The translations under genes and the position numbers were made by a program. This document shows, piece by piece, positions 63,773 to 64,000 of a stretch of 64,000 bases of DNA (positions within the stretch are counted from its first letter, which is position 1; every line of letters starts with the position of its first letter). Location: the NCBI RefSeq assembly GCF_018977255.1, contig NW_024704742.1, positions 43,836,001 to 43,900,000 of the forward strand, written 5' to 3'. The notes beneath the pieces were generated by a model. That model worked only from the letters and a program-made list of their open reading frames with translations. It had not been told where the DNA came from and ran no database searches. The DNA comes from Callorhinchus milii (Eukaryota).

Positions 63773-64000
63773 TGTGATACTTTGCTTGCAACCTTTTGGA
63801 CTCCTATAATCCTTCAACATAATCATCATCAACTTCAAAGGACAAGGGAAAGGAGGACCTTCTGGTCCCAAATGCAAGAACAGGATGTTGGTTACCAATA
63901 TCAGCTGCTTTATTCTCTGCTGATATTTATATCTTTGAAAGAGAATTATTATTCAGGTAACAGAAATGCAAAAAATGTCAAAAATAAAGTAATAAGTAAT

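Noticed and set aside
1..64000. CRISPR arrays, rRNA genes, prokaryotic operons
   Set aside because: None seen; the window is spliced vertebrate DNA.

Overview
AT-rich vertebrate genomic DNA with spliced genes. The repeat content (tRNA-headed SINE with an L2-type tail, Deu-type SINEs, L2 and CR1 LINEs) suggests a cartilaginous fish, probably a chimaera; this rests on recalled repeat consensus and was not checked by search. Three intron-containing genes can be assembled by hand from GT-AG exons with consistent phases. (1) The 3' eight coding exons of ZCCHC4 (28S rRNA m6A methyltransferase, DPPF motif) on +, 6843-19839. (2) An uncharacterised single-pass LRR membrane protein on -, 21995-32232. 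Its nine LRRs and LRRCT follow the LRRC4/NGL (netrin-G ligand) pattern repeat by repeat, but it lacks the Ig domain, is split over at least 7 exons and ends in ...EASYFLV; its first exon was not found. (3) 24 coding exons of ANAPC4 on -, 36516-60958, with the 5' end outside the window. A decayed TRIM25/finTRIM-like gene (RING, B-box, coiled-coil, B30.2) lies antisense to ZCCHC4 and interleaved with its exons (about 827-10300). Other points of interest: ZCCHC4 and ANAPC4 are convergent here rather than tandem as in human; an ANAPC4 intron holds a promoter-like island and an H/ACA-like fold; and there are several local inverted and direct duplications.
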